This document shows, piece after piece, positions 27,295 to 40,189 of a DNA stretch of 64,000 nt. Source of the DNA: Podarcis erhardii. Taxonomy: Eukaryota. Where the stretch lies: the NCBI GenBank assembly GCA_964252035.1, contig OZ176207.1. One strand, given 5' to 3'. The notes below the pieces were generated by a model. The model made no database searches, was not told the DNA's origin, and was given only the letters and a program-made list of their open reading frames with translations. Each line of letters opens with the position of its first letter. Within the stretch, counting starts at the first letter, position 1. The position numbers were made by a program, and so were the translations under genes.

Positions 27295-27430
27295 CAGTGT
27301 TTCCCAACCTTGGGCCTCCAGCTGTTTTTGAACTACAATTCCCATCATCCCTGACCACTGGTCTTGCTAGCTAGGGATGATGGGAGTTGTAGGCCAAAAA
27401 CAGCTGGAGGCCCAAGGTTGGGAAACACTG
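27295..27430. mobile_element. 136-bp palindromic hAT MITE
   Basis: Long TIRs CAGTGTTTCCCAACCTTGGG.../...CCCAAGGTTGGGAAACACTG with a perfect 8-bp TSD ctttaagt. Confidence 0.93.
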
Positions 27431-28430
27431 CTTTAAGTTAATTCTAAGGCATGTATGGGGAACCTCAGGCCTGGGGAGTCCAAAGGTGGCCTCTCCAGTC
27501 CTCTATCTGACCCTCAAAACTCTGTCCAGGAAACACCCATTTCCCCAGGCCATGCTGATCACCAAGCCCTACTTCATACCTTCTTCTTGAGAGTTTTTGC
27601 CTGGCTGGAATCTGTCCTTGAACTCTGCTTGCTTGGTCGGAGGACAGGGAAAGGTGTGTGGGTGTGAACTGCCCTACTGTACAAAGGTAAAATTCATATT
27701 TGTTGCACCATTGACCTGTGGTTCCAGGAAGGTTGCCAGCAACCTTTGCAAAGGTTAATGCTGGGTCCTTGCAAATCATAGCCAGAATCCACCTGTCCCA
27801 AGATATAGTCCCCTGCCCAGTAGTTTGCAGGGGGCTAGAGTTACATCTTCATCAGACCAAAGTTAGACAAACTGAAAGCTATATAAAGAGATAACTTCCT
27901 GCACTTCTATGCTTGGCTACTGAATTCTGCACAGACCCATGGACATGCAATATGGAAATCTCTGGCAAGAGGTACCAGCTGCCAAAAACTGAGAAGTCTG
28001 GTGGGAGATGACTGAAGTGGTTTAAGAATTGGAAGCAGAAGTGTCCTCTAGCTGCTGCTCATCCATTTTTGTCTTCAACATGAAGCAACCAAAAATAATA
28101 ATAGAAGGATAGGCTACAAACTCCCCACCATCTAGTTCTAATTTTTGAGTGTTTGGCTCTGTCTTACTTCTGTTTTTAGCAAGAGCAGCATTCAGTAAAT
28201 GGTCTAGAGTCATACAGCCCAGACATAGGCTTATTACCAACAACTTTGAAATAGTGATAAATAGTAATATAACCAAAGTGTATGACGTTTTCCTATTTGC
28301 TTTTAACATCAATCTTTTTTTTCCCCTATGGGATATCTTTCCTACGCATTTCAAGTGTCAAGGGGGCCCACTGGCACTACACAAAAAACACACAAATGCA
28401 AGAAGTGTTTACAACATGTTTGGACTCAGG

Positions 28431-28567
28431 AGCCCTGTTTAGGGAAGTTTTTAATGTTTGAAGTTTGATCGTGTTTTTAATATTCTGTTGGGAGCCACCC
28501 AGAGTGGCTGGGGAAACCCAGCCAGATAGGTGGGGCATAAATACAATACAATAAAAATTATTATTAT
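28431..28567 (+). mobile_element. LINE 3'-tail repeat (gccacccagagtggctgggg...aaattattattat); second copy at 12257-12322
   Basis: Two similar copies in the window, each ending in an (ATT)n tail. Confidence 0.6.
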
Positions 28568-28842
28568 AGAAAATATTGGAAAGATGGAGAGTAGTAGTCC
28601 ACTGTTGCGGAAAAACTTTGCCAGAGTTTGAACCTTTTTGGTAAACCTTGGGATCCACAGAGTCCCTGAGTCCCTGAATCCCTTCTCTGAGGTCCAACTT
28701 CTCAAGGTACCCAATTATTGTAAAATACCCATCCCCTACATGGATGTGCTTGTATAGTTCTTTCAGCTGCAGCAAACTGGCAGCAGCTAGGTCTAGGAAT
28801 ATTTAGCTGCCGTAAGTCTTCTGCAAATAACAATTCTCTCAC

Positions 28843-28968
28843 CTTGGCTGCCCGGAGCAACATTTCTCTCTCTTCTTCATCCTTCCTCTGTTTCTCGATC
28901 TGGTCCAACTGCTCAAGAAACCGAAGCTGGGCCCTTGTATCACTAGTTATTGTGTACTTGTCATTCCC
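28843..28968 (-). CDS. TAF4B: TAF4B exon 12 (GNDKYTITSDTRAQLRFLEQLDQIEKQRKDEEEREMLLRAAK)
   Basis: Acceptor gctttttag|GGG, donor AAG|GTGAGA. 126 nt. Confidence 0.96.
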
Positions 28969-29564
28969 CTAAAAAGCGGGGGGGGGGCAGGGAGAGAGAA
29001 TTTATGGTTGTTTTAAAATACAACATGGACCACTGGCCCCCAACCTAGATGTTAAAAGCAAGTCAGCTTGCATTAACGTAATAGACAAGTTTAAAATAAA
29101 TTCAATGCACATTTGCTTACCAAGATTGCATCTGCTTATTTTATTATTTATTAAATTTAAATTCCATTAAGAGCTACTTTCCTCCAAAGCATTTCCAGAT
29201 TTTCAGTTAGCTTATCTATACTAGCTATTAAAACCAGCCATTCGCTCCAACCCTCCCCGCCACAAAAAACAACCACCATTTTTGCCTATGTCCAGTTTCA
29301 AGCTTCCAAGCTCAGAAAACAGGCCCAGCACTGAACTAAACTGATGCCTGAAGACACTTAAAGGCAGGGAAGAAGGGGGGCATATAATTGGAAGCATGCT
29401 GTACCTCCAGTGACAGGCGTGCATGCTTGGGATTGTAGACAGTCCTAGGAGGAATCTCTGGAAACTCTAGTTAAGAGAGAAGCCTGGAACTGCTGCCAGT
29501 TAAAGCAGACATATACTGGTCTAAATGAACCAGTAGGTGGAATTGGTATGTGTTAGCTTTTTAG

Positions 29565-29919
29565 GGGACGCAGGTGGCGCTGTGGGTTAAACCATAGAGC
29601 CTAGGACTTGCCAATCAGAAGGTCGGTGGTTCGAATCCCTGCAATGGGGTGAGCTCCCGTTGCTCGGTCCCTGCTCCTGCCAAACTAGCAGTTTGAAAGC
29701 ACATCAAAGTGCAAGTAGATAAATAGGTACCGCTCCGGCGGGAAGGTAAACGGTGCTTCTGTGCGCTGCTCTGGTTCGCCAGAAGCGGCTTAGTCCTGCT
29801 GGCCACATGACCCGGAAGCTGTACGTCGGCTCCCTCGGCCAATAAAGCGAGATGAGCGCCGCAACCCCAGAGTCGGTCACGACTGGACCTAATGGTCAGG
29901 GGTCCCTTTACCTTTACCT
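29565..29919 (+). mobile_element. Sauria-type tRNA-derived SINE, full length
   Basis: gggacgcaggtggcgctgtgg head, ggttcgaatcc B box, (acctt)n tail. Highly similar to the copies at 36559 and 60736. Confidence 0.92.
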
Positions 29920-30132
29920 AGCTTCCTTTTGGTTATTGCCATTTCCATGACTGCATTTTATTCTTACAACCTAATAGCCAAGAACCTCCTGTGTCCATGA
30001 TGAAGCATACTTTAAGGCAGATTTTAGATATAGGATGCCAATACAATTACTTTTTTTAATTTTTTTTTAAAAAACCACTGACTGGAACAAGACTGTTAGG
30101 AGACCAAGAAGCTTAATGATTATTTCCTTTAC

Positions 30133-30258
30133 CTTACAGGTCATCGTACGATGCTGAGCAATTACAGTTAGTTTCTCCAGAAGCCCTCTTAATCTCTCTT
30201 GTGTAGCATGGGAGATCAAGTTCAGAACATCTGAATTAACTTCCGTAATGTCATGGCT
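30133..30258 (-). CDS. TAF4B: TAF4B exon 11, visible part (SHDITEVNSDVLNLISHATQERLRGLLEKLTVIAQHRTMTCK), histone fold
   Basis: Histone-fold motif ISHATQERLRGLLEKL. Donor AAG|GTAAAG at 30132. The acceptor and about 5 nt are hidden in the N run 30259-30390. Confidence 0.93.
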
Positions 30259-30390
30259 NNNNNNNNNNNNNNNNNNNNNNNNNNNNNNNNNNNNNNNNNN
30301 NNNNNNNNNNNNNNNNNNNNNNNNNNNNNNNNNNNNNNNNNNNNNNNNNNNNNNNNNNNNNNNNNNNNNNNNNNNNNNNNNNNNNNNNNN
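30259..30390. other. Assembly gap covering the TAF4B exon 11 acceptor
   Basis: Run of 132 N directly abutting coding sequence. Confidence 0.99.
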
Positions 30391-32479
30391 TTTTCCTGGT
30401 AAAGCCACAACTTCAAAGATCTTAGACATTACATTAATAAAACCTAGCCTACAGCTTCAGAAAATAGACATTGTTTCACTTAGCCCCTAGAATCACTTTC
30501 CTTGCAAGGTCATTTATAGGACAAAGTTAATAAGAATACAGAAATCAAGGCTTGTGGTTGGGAGAAGGGAAGTAGTAGTAGCTGTAGAAATTAGTGCCAT
30601 ATTCGGTTAATTTCAGTAATTAAAAAAAAACACAAAACCACACGCACAGTTACGTTTTGCCCTGTTTTGACACAGTGCTTGTTAAATCTTGACATGTTAA
30701 TGAACTGAGTAGCTTTTCGCAACATACTGGGCCTTTTTCATACTCCAGTCCAGCCAACAGCATATGGCAGCTTGACCCAGTGTCTCAAGGCAACAGCTTG
30801 GAAAACAGCGAAGTCCAATAGGGCCTTAAAGCGGCCCCCTTTCCTCTTCACCCATAACTGCAGCTTGCCTGGGTGAGCTCTGCTTTTCTCTCGTTCTGCA
30901 TCCCTTCACTCCCCCTAATATTTTCAGAGCAATGGCACAGAGGCAGACTGCTTTAAGGAAAGCTGCTTGAACCCTACACTAAGGCTAAGCATCTTCTCTG
31001 CAGTGCTCTGCAGTAGCGCATGTAACTAATGAAGGCTTCCTCTGGTTGACAACAGACCCTGCTTTCAGCACAGGCTTCGTAAGGTGTAGCAGCTGCCCAG
31101 GCAATTCAGTGCCATGGAAGCAAAATTACTATTAAATGCAGACCCAAAGGCATTTTCCTGAACCTGCACTCTCTCCCCTTCAGAGATTTGAGAACTTAAA
31201 ACAACAAGTATACTAATGCAGAAAAGGCATATTTCATGCCAAGAATAAAATGTACCCTCAAAAAAGGTGTGCAAGGGGTTGCTGGCTACTATCACGAACC
31301 TCGGCAGAGAGTAAGACAAGCTACTGTTTTAATATTAAAATGATCACCTTTTACATTAAGTTGTTTATGGGCAGAAAGCATATTCCAACATTTGGTTTAG
31401 GCTGCACTTTACACTTCTGCAAAGCAGCTTCACTGTTGGTAGCTTGCAAACATTTGCGGAAATTAAGATGTTGAGATTTGGGAAAACAAAGAAAACTAGG
31501 ATTTGTTTAGAGCAGAGATGGCAGATTTGCAACCCTTGGGCCAAATGCAGCCTCCAAAGCAATTCTGTTTGGCCCCTGGTGGCCATGCTAAATTTTAAAC
31601 CAAGGTGTGTGCCCAAGTTTCATCCATGAAGGACAATGAAAAATGCTACTTGTACAGTATTAAATTCACACTTCTAATGTTTAACTCTTTGGGTTTTGCA
31701 TGCAGAGTCCCCGTTACTAAACAGCGTCTGTGCTCTATATCTGAAACACTTGCAGCTAGATGATTTAGGCTTTGTAGGACCTAGCCACCTAACTTCAGTT
31801 TGTGGCCATATGCTTCTGCCATTCGCCTTCCTCTGGCTGAGGCCATTTTGGGGCAGGGGAGAAAAGCTGGGGATCCAAGTCAAGGTGGTTTTGGAACAGA
31901 CTTTCACATGACATACCGGTAACCCTTTTCCAGGAGCAACCTGTGGCCAAGACATACCTGCACCTTCTACCCCCACCCCAACCATAGGGGAAAGGTATGC
32001 ACACCCAAAAAGATCTTTAAGGGGAAGACAACCCTAGAACATCCCCTCCTATTTAATTGTACCAATAGTGGGATTTGCCTTAAGCACTGCTGTTGGATCT
32101 CTTTGCTGTCTGGCTGATGAGTTGGGCACTATCCTTCTCATAGCTGCTTGGTCAAATGGCCCCAGAAGCCTATGCACCAGCACAATGGCTCATGGAACAT
32201 CTCTCTGATCTACTGCTTCAAAGATGTATTGCTGGCCTGCTCAGAAATAGAACAAAACCCTCATAACATCAGTAAAAAAAATCTCCTCAGTAAAGGGATT
32301 TCACAAATTGGAAACCACCACCTAGAAAGCCCCGTCAGCAATAAATATCAACTGGGTGCCACCAACAAATTAGGTCTCCCCTGTTGATTATAGGTCCAAG
32401 GTGGCTAGTGGCCTGAGCCACATAGCGCTGTGTATGCTGGTATTAACACGCTAAACAGAGTTTAGCACTTTCAGGACTC

Positions 32480-32820
32480 ATGACAGTCACATTGTGCTGC
32501 CTCACTAAACTAGCAGCTGCATTCTGCACCAGTGGCAACTTCCAGGCAGTCTTCAAGGGCAGTCCCACACAAAGCATATTGCTGTAGTCAAGATGGGAGG
32601 TCAACAGAGCATGGACAGTTGTAGCCAGGCTATCCCAGTCCATAAACAGCCATAGCTGGTGAACAAACCAAAGACAAGCATAAACACTCCTAGCCACACA
32701 GACTGCACTTGAGGATGCAGTGACAGGCTGGAATCTATAGGTACTCCCAGGCTGCAAACCTGTTCCTGCAGGGTGAATGAAGCCCTTGCAAGAACAGGTC
32801 ATCCACCCAATTCCCATGTT
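32480..32820 (-). mobile_element. L2-type LINE post-RT fragment
   Basis: LATTVHALLTSHLDYSNMLCVGLPLKTAWKLPLVQNAAASLV is the typical L2 ORF2 segment. Confidence 0.75.
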
Positions 32821-33169
32821 TCTTGCTTCAAGATTTCTTGGGCAGGGGTTGAAGTCTTTGACTGCATGTGTTAACCAAACAGACGTGTGTTAACTATACA
32901 TTAGCACTGAGTAGTAAAGACTGCAAAGCACTGGCCAAAATCTATAGTTTCCCATATTTAAGATTAATATTGCTTCATAATCTCACTTTCAGTGCTGCTG
33001 CGATCCAAGCTAATTTGCTATTTAAAAATTTGGCTGCTTAAATACAAGTTCCGTAACTCAGTACAGAGCAACAACAGTACATTCAGGAAAGAGGTGGTGT
33101 CAAAGTTAAGATTTATGCAGCCTGTTTTGCATTCTGAAGTATCCCACCCCCGCCCCCCAATTTTCTTAC

Positions 33170-33339
33170 CCATTTCTAGGATCTTCTTCTGCAGTGCATC
33201 TGAAGAAAGGAAGAGCTCCTCTGGACAAGACCGGATAATTGCGCCGATTAATTGAGATTTCGAACCGAATATGCATGCACTCTCTTCACTCAGGTTGACC
33301 CCAGCCATAGAAGTCACATCGTTGATGTCATCTTCATCT
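33170..33339 (-). CDS. TAF4B: TAF4B exon 10 (DEDDINDVTSMAGVNLSEESACI...LQKKILEM-G), start of the histone-fold region
   Basis: DDINDV.SMAGVNL.EE TAF4 motif. Acceptor gcttgtag|A, donor G|GTAAGA. 170 nt, phase 2 to 1. Confidence 0.96.
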
Positions 33340-33749
33340 CTACAAGCAAAATTTCTATTATATTTTGTATTGGGTTATAAAGGCAAACTGTTCTATTAAA
33401 CACTGTGCTTACCAACATGACCGTAGGTCCTGTCACTAACTAGGCTGCTTTATTTCTTTGATCTGCACTAGCTAGAATTTAGCATTGCAAGTTCAATGTT
33501 TAGGTAAACTTGGCGACTTTGGCATAGTTCTCTACAAATGACATAAGCGGGAAAGTGAAGGCTCCTGAGAAAGTCGTCACTGACCATGATTAGAAGTCTG
33601 AAGGCTGAGTGAGACATTAAAAACAACAACAACTGAAGAGACTTTGTGGGTAGGGAGATTAGGATCAGAGAAGAAAGTGGGAACGTCCTTGTAAAGAATT
33701 CAAAATTCTGCAGAGGGAAAACTGTTGGGAAAGTGGCAATTTGAAGCAC

Positions 33750-34330
33750 TGAAGTTCAACCTCATTTAGAACAGGTAACTGACTTATTGCCTGGACACGA
33801 GAACCACTTGCCCACAGAACCACTCTCTCTTGTTAGGGCTTAATCTCAGTTTGTTGGGGGCCCACCATACAGCCCACAAGTACAGCCACACACAGCCGCT
33901 CTTGATCCGATACTGTGGAGAAACAGAGCTGTGTGCCACCAGCATACTGATAACACATGGCTCCATATCCCCCAATGACTGCTTCCAATAGGTTCATATA
34001 GATGTTAAATAGCACTGGGGAACAAGCAAGTTCCTTGCAGCACCTCATAACAAATGTCACAGGCCTGATGAACACCCCCCATACCACTCTTTGGAACTGA
34101 TGTTGCAGGTAGCATGAACTGGCATAAAACAATGTTCCTGACACCTATGTCACACAGCCAGTCCAGGTCCATGGTTGATGGTATTAAAAGCCACAGAGAA
34201 ATCAAGCAAAAGCACAAAGGTTGCACTCTGCTTGTTGCTCTCCCTTCAGGGAGACCAAGGCTGATTTCATCCCAACATCAGGTCTGAAACCAGACTAAAA
34301 TGGGTCCAGACTATCGGTTGTACCCAATAA
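33750..34330 (-). mobile_element. L2-type LINE RT fragment
   Basis: SPVLFNIYM...CYQYAGGTQL (decayed YADDTQL)...NKLRLSPNK.E motifs, frameshifted. Confidence 0.7.
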
Positions 34331-34403
34331 TGCCTGCAGCTGCTCTGCCACAACCAGCCAATGACAACCACAGACTAGGGGATCCAGGGTGAGCTTATAT
34401 ATA

Positions 34404-34654
34404 TCGTATTTTACGCCCTATAGGGCACACCAGCCCATAGGGCGCACTTATTTGGGGGGGGGAGGGAATAAAGAAAAAAAATTCCCCGACCCCAGCCCCC
34501 AGAACGGATCCGGGAACAATGGCGAGGTTGAGCTTCGGGGTGCAGGCTGCTATCCGCAAGCCTAGGGAGCCCGGCGGGAACTCCCGCGGGATGCACACAC
34601 ATTTCCCCTTCATTTTTGGAGGGGGGAAAGTGCGTCCTATAGGGCGAAAAATAC

Positions 34655-34656
<2 letters not shown>
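34404..34656. mobile_element. Young Tc1/mariner-type MITE, flanked by (TA)n and (TG)n
   Basis: TIRs CGTATTTTACGCCCTATAGG / CCTATAGGGCGAAAAATACGG; CpG-rich interior. Confidence 0.8.

Positions 34657-34691
<35 letters not shown>
34657..34691 (+). repeat. (TG)n microsatellite abutting a MITE
   Basis: Direct read. Confidence 0.95.
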
Positions 34692-34693
<2 letters not shown>

Positions 34694-36558
34694 CAGTGGA
34701 CACAGCACCAGCTCATTCAAGGTAGGCCCAATACTTTAAGCTTGCCAAGAGCAAGATCGCATAGAAAAATAAGCACAGTCAAGTCAGAAAAGTATTCGAT
34801 CTTTTAGTTTTAAAAATAAGGTTATCAGAGAAATGAAGGAGAAACAAGGACTTGAACTTGTCTGTGTAATGGTCAAAGGAACTTTACTACTACAACAAAA
34901 TGAGTAACAAGGGTGTATTGCAACATGGGTTCAATTGTTCAATTAACCTAATATTTAAGAGAATTTGATATGCAAGCTGGGGCCGTTCTAGTTCATTCCA
35001 GTAGAGCATTTGATATGGTACCACAAGGAAAAATATTCCTTTCAACAAGCAAAAAAAGAGTTACAAGTATTACAAGTATTGAAAGGAAAGAAGTGGGATT
35101 TTGTTGGGATTGGTCTTGAACCCATTTGTTCATATTTTAGTGAACATGGTAATAAAAATGCACTTAAGGGTCACTGAGTAACATGCTCAAGATTAGGGGG
35201 TGGCATGAATTGATCTTTTCACTAGGACCTAGCAAGCAGGTATGCTTGGGACTGAGTCCCCAGGATCAGACTGTTTGCCAACATCAATAATATTTCCTCC
35301 TGTGGTAGTTATGGATTATTCACAGAAACCATTAATCTGGGACATTTATTTTGTCAATTACAGAAGTTGCTTCTCTACTTAAGGACATAGTTATGAACCA
35401 AACTAATAAAATGTTTAAGTGTGGAGTACACTGATCTAATCAAACTTTCCAATTGAAGCAAGTCCCTCCTGGTTTTCTCATTTAGTATATCTCATTTAGT
35501 AAACTTTTCAATGAAGAAACACACACAAAAACTTGACAAACAAGTCTTTAGCACCCTCTGCTGTTCAAATATTGGCCCTGCACTTTTCACTATTTTAATT
35601 ACACAATTGTTCTAAAAATAAGGACAGGTTTGAGCTAAAACCCGTAAGATGCCAGCCAGAGGCTGCTAATCAAAATCTGCATGGAACAATTTAAAATTTA
35701 ATCTAGGATTAGGTTGGTAGCAGCTACATACTCATCTGTGTTCATTGTCTTTCTTTCTATTTAAGAAAGCTCTCACACAGGTAAAAAGCAAAATTAAGAC
35801 ATCTGGACAAAAGTAAGATTGTTCTAGCTTTAGGATGAAGGATTTCAGATTACCATTCTTTTTACCGAAGTGTGATGCTGCAAAAACAATGGCTCCCAAA
35901 CGCTTTTCACCATGGACTACTTGAAAATTGCAACAGGTCTTGGTGGACCAACTTAATGTTTTTTTTCTGCATGTTGTAGCGATTTTAATGTGCTGTGCTA
36001 GGTGATGCATGATTTTGATCATATTTTTATTTCCCATATATTGTATGTCATTGCATTACAATTTGAATTCCATAGAATTCAAATTGTAACGCAATGTAAG
36101 AAATGAAACCAAGAAATAGCAATTAAAATGAATATGAATATTTAACATGATGGATGCACCACCTTCCACATTCAAGCACAGACAGCCCATGGACCATGTG
36201 AATGAAGCTCTATGTGGTCCACAGACCAGAGTTTGGGGAAAGCATTAAGTCCCTCAACCCCCAAGTACATAGTCTCTTGTAGGTAGTGTAACTTCCAGCT
36301 AGAATCTGCAGACAGAGATAGTGAAATAATCTTCCTTAACAGCCATGAATTATCACAGTTATCTTTCAGTTTTAATTATATGGTAGAAGTTCAATAGAGC
36401 ATTTGATGCTGCTAACTGCTGTGATGTCAGACCTTATGCTACAACTTAGAAGTAGTAGTGAGAACAGAAACTTCCTGAACTACAGCTAAAGTAGCTACCC
36501 TAACCTTCCATATTTGGAGGGGGAAAGCTCCCTTGCTACAGTCTTTTGCCATAGTATA

Positions 36559-36905
36559 AAAGGTAAAGGGACCCCTGACCATTAGGTCCAGTCGTGACCG
36601 ACTCTGAGGTTGCGGCGCTCATCTCCCTTTATTGGCCGAGGGACCCGGCATACAGCTTCCGGGTCATGTGGCCAGCATGACTAAGCCACTTCTGGTGAAC
36701 CAGAGCAGCACACGGAAACACAGTTTACCTTCCCGCCAGAGTGGTACTTATCTACTTGCACTTTGACGTGCTTTTGAAATGCTAGGTTGGCAGAAGCAGG
36801 GACCGAGCAACGGTAGCTCACCCCATAGCGGGGATTCAAACCGCCGACCTTCTGATCGGCAAGTCCTAGGCTCTGTGGTTTAACCCACAGCGCCACCCGC
36901 GTCCC
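36559..36905 (-). mobile_element. Sauria-type SINE with perfect 12-bp TSD
   Basis: TGCCATAGTATA at 36547-36558 and 36906-36917. Confidence 0.95.
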
Positions 36906-37793
36906 TGCCATAGTATACTAGCACTAAATTAGTAGAGTTGCTTTCTCATCTTATACCTACAGCCCTCCACCAGATATTGCCAGAGTCTTAGGGTTACTGG
37001 GCCTACCTTATGTGCATTGAAGTGTCTAAAACTTAGATGAATGCCATACTTATGCCCTACGGCCCCAGCCAGCATGGCTAATGGTCAGGGATGGCAGGAG
37101 TTGTAGTCCCAACATCATCTGAACAGCCAAAGGTTCCCCTTCTGCACAAGATGCCACTGACATCCTTGCCTCCCTCCCCAAACCCAAAACATTTTATGCA
37201 TGGCACAGACTTGTACTAAATCCTCGTGCTATTACACCAAAAGGTAGCACAGCACTAGTTTAAGGGGAAAGGCTAGAGCCCAATAAAGGAAGGGGCCAAG
37301 ATCTTCTGGAGTGATTTTTTGCCCCAAGAGTGGACTACACTAATGTGTCAACTTCTGAGCCTTCTATGCAACAGAAATCTGAAAGGGATTTTCCTTCCAG
37401 TTATTGGCCACATTAAAATGATTTTTTCAGGGTGATGAAAACAAATACAGCTTCTTTTCCAACAATCACAGACAACTAGACACATTTGATTTCAGTTGAA
37501 ATCTGTTAATAAATCTCAAGTCTGTATTAAACCCTAAGATTCAGCTAACAGGTATGATACCCTTCTGAACCCTACAAAAATGCTGCTGGGCTATTTAAAA
37601 GGAATAGAGTTTGCCAACTTAGAATTAGCTTGAATCTATCAGCAATGGGCAAATATAGTATATTTGACTACCTCAAACCCCAACAGAATAACTAAGAAAA
37701 ATATGGTATGTAGAGTTATTAATGAAGCTGACTTATTTTCATCAAGGATCAGTGAAATACAATCTTTGTTCATAATAATGTTGCATTACATTA

Positions 37794-37848
37794 TTTTTCT
37801 TTAAGTGTTCCAACAAGAACACTTTTTCTTTAAGTGTTCCAACAAGAA
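37794..37848 (+). repeat. Tandem duplication, 29-bp period (tttttctttaagtgttccaacaagaa x2)
   Basis: Direct read. Confidence 0.9.
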
Positions 37849-38428
37849 TTGACTGAATTATCTAATTTCATTAATATTTTTTTGAATGTTAAGTGTGCAA
37901 TTAAAATCCGCTCACATATACTTTACAATGTATCATTTGTTCAAGCATTTTATTCATATTGCTTAGGATAAAGCAATCTCAAATCCAAAGATTTAAAATG
38001 TGTGAAGTTTTAGTTCCCATAGACTTAAATTGTATTTTCCTTCAGTGAGGTAGCAATACTGATATTTTGCAATGTGCGAATTCATTTAATGAGTTGGACA
38101 GTTAGAAGACACGATAAGGAGTTCAAAATAAAAGAACTAGGATTAGCAACTAGATAAATGAAAGCCTGGACTTCAGGAGCATATAACCCAATCAAGCTCT
38201 GGAATGTAAATATCTGAAACAGCTGGCAGGGCAATTTTTAGGCTTTTCCTTTCATTAGCACTAAAACATCAGAACCAAGGAAGCAAAAACTCCCATCAGA
38301 AATCTTAAATATTTATTTAGGCATCACTCAATTCTCTGTGACTGTTTGCTTCCCACCCACCCCCACACCCCACCTCCCAGCCAGGCTTTTGCATAGTACA
38401 CAAACTTCCGGCTTTGTTTATTTTTTAC

Positions 38429-38534
38429 CTGAAGGATTTTGTTCTGTTCTCCCTTATTTTATTTCTCTGAACAGGAGATGCTTGAAGCGACAGAATTTTG
38501 TTTCCTGGCAGGGTAATTTGTTTCACAATGGAAC
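38429..38534 (-). CDS. TAF4B: TAF4B exon 9 (GSIVKQITLPGNKILSLQASPVQRNKIRENRTKSF-R)
   Basis: Poly-T acceptor tttttag|GT, donor AG|GTAAAA. 106 nt, phase 1 to 2. KQITLPGNKILSLQASP is a TAF4B hallmark. Confidence 0.95.
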
Positions 38535-39022
38535 CTAAAAAAAAAAAGATGAACAATCCGTAGCAGAAAGCAAAATCCTTAATGACATTCAGCGCACAGT
38601 GCACCCAAGAACAGATATCTGGAGAGACTGTGTCCAGGATTTTTCTTTTCTGTTTTTTTTTTTTAACGAAAGCTGTGTATTTGCTTCAAGGTCAAAATGC
38701 AGTTCCCATACACATTATCTGCTCAAGTTATTTTATCAGGACATGGACACCTGGACAACTGTGCTATAGCCAAGAATATTCCAACATCAAAGTTATCTGT
38801 AACTGTTGCCTTTAACAAAGGCTGCTCCCTCTTGTAATTAAGAGAACTCTCCAAGTGATTTTCTAGACAACTGCTTTTAGCACAGTTAATACATTTGCTG
38901 TGCAAGGTCCAGCCATCTTTCTTAAAGGTTGTGGATGGGTCAATGGATAGTACTGTGCCAATATTCAAGAGGTAGCATCTATCACTGGGAAAATGCATTT
39001 CTGGTATTCAGGATATCATAAG

Positions 39023-39376
39023 AAGGTAAAGGTACCCCTGCCCATACGGGCCAGTCGTGTCCGACTCTAGGGTTGTGCGCTCATCTCACTTAAGAGGCCA
39101 GGAGCCAGCGCTGTCCGCAGACACTTCCAGGTCACGTGGCCAGCGTGACGAAGCTGCTCTGGCAAGCCAGCACCAGCGCAGCACACGGAAACGCCGTTTA
39201 CCTTCCCGCTATGAAGCGGTACCTATTTATCTACTTGCACTTAGGGGTGCTTTCGAACTGCTAGGTGGACAGGAGCTGGGACCGAAAGACGGGAGCTCAC
39301 CCCGCCGCAGGGATTCGAACCGCTGACCATACGATTGGCAAGTCCTAGGCGCTGAGGTTTTACCCACAGCGCCACC
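39023..39376 (-). mobile_element. Sauria-type SINE, second subfamily, first few bases missing
   Basis: Same body plan, with the variant tail ggtacccctgcccatacgggccagtc. Confidence 0.9.
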
Positions 39377-40189
39377 TTCTTTCATGAGAAAGCTTAGGGT
39401 AAATGGTACAAGCCTGGGCAAGCTGCTCCTCCTCAAAACTCCTGGCCACCTTCCAGTGTGGCCAAGAAGACAGAACAGAAGCTTTTGCTTATTCACAGTG
39501 TAGTGTTACATCTTAACCCTAAAATGGTTAATCTTATAGATGGTTTGTAACAGAAAGTAGAGCTTTGTTGAGAGGAGGGGAACTTCAGCAGCCCGAGGCT
39601 CATCTGGGTTCATTCCTATCATCATAAAACCATCATGATAGCCAAAGCTCAGCTATCATAAACAAATACTGGAATTTGTTTTTCCATGTATCATGGTACC
39701 TATTATTGACATATTCATAGTTCAGACTTTCATAAAAACATCAAATTGGTATACAACATTTAGGAATACAATCCACACATTCATAAAAAAATTAAAAAGC
39801 ACCAACAAATACTGAAAGGTTAAAAAGAGATAATTCATATTAAAAAGGCCTGTCTGAACAACATAGTTTTCAAAAGACATTGGAAAAAAGCGAGAAATGG
39901 TTCCTGCTGAATTTCTTCTGGATGTGAGTTCTACAGGTCTGGAACTGCCACAACCAAGTTCTGGCTCATAGTAAAGGCCAAACAAACATCAGAGGTAAGT
40001 GGAACCACTAGAAGTTCGTCATCAGAGGATCTCAGTGATGGAACATAGAATCAGACAAACTCTTAATGTATTTTTGGCCCAAGTTGTTTACAACTTTGAG
40101 CCTGGAAAATTGGCAACAAGTGCCAGTATCTTAGCAGCTGAGTAACATGTTGTAATTAACTACAGTGTGCAACACTAACAGAGATGCCC

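Noticed and set aside
32480-34330. Two same-strand, roughly colinear L2 fragments on either side of exon 10, suggesting an exon captured inside a LINE
   Set aside because: Exon 10 is an ancestral conserved TAF4 exon with the expected phases. The two fragments appear to overlap by ~40 nt of L2 sequence, which fits two independent insertions.
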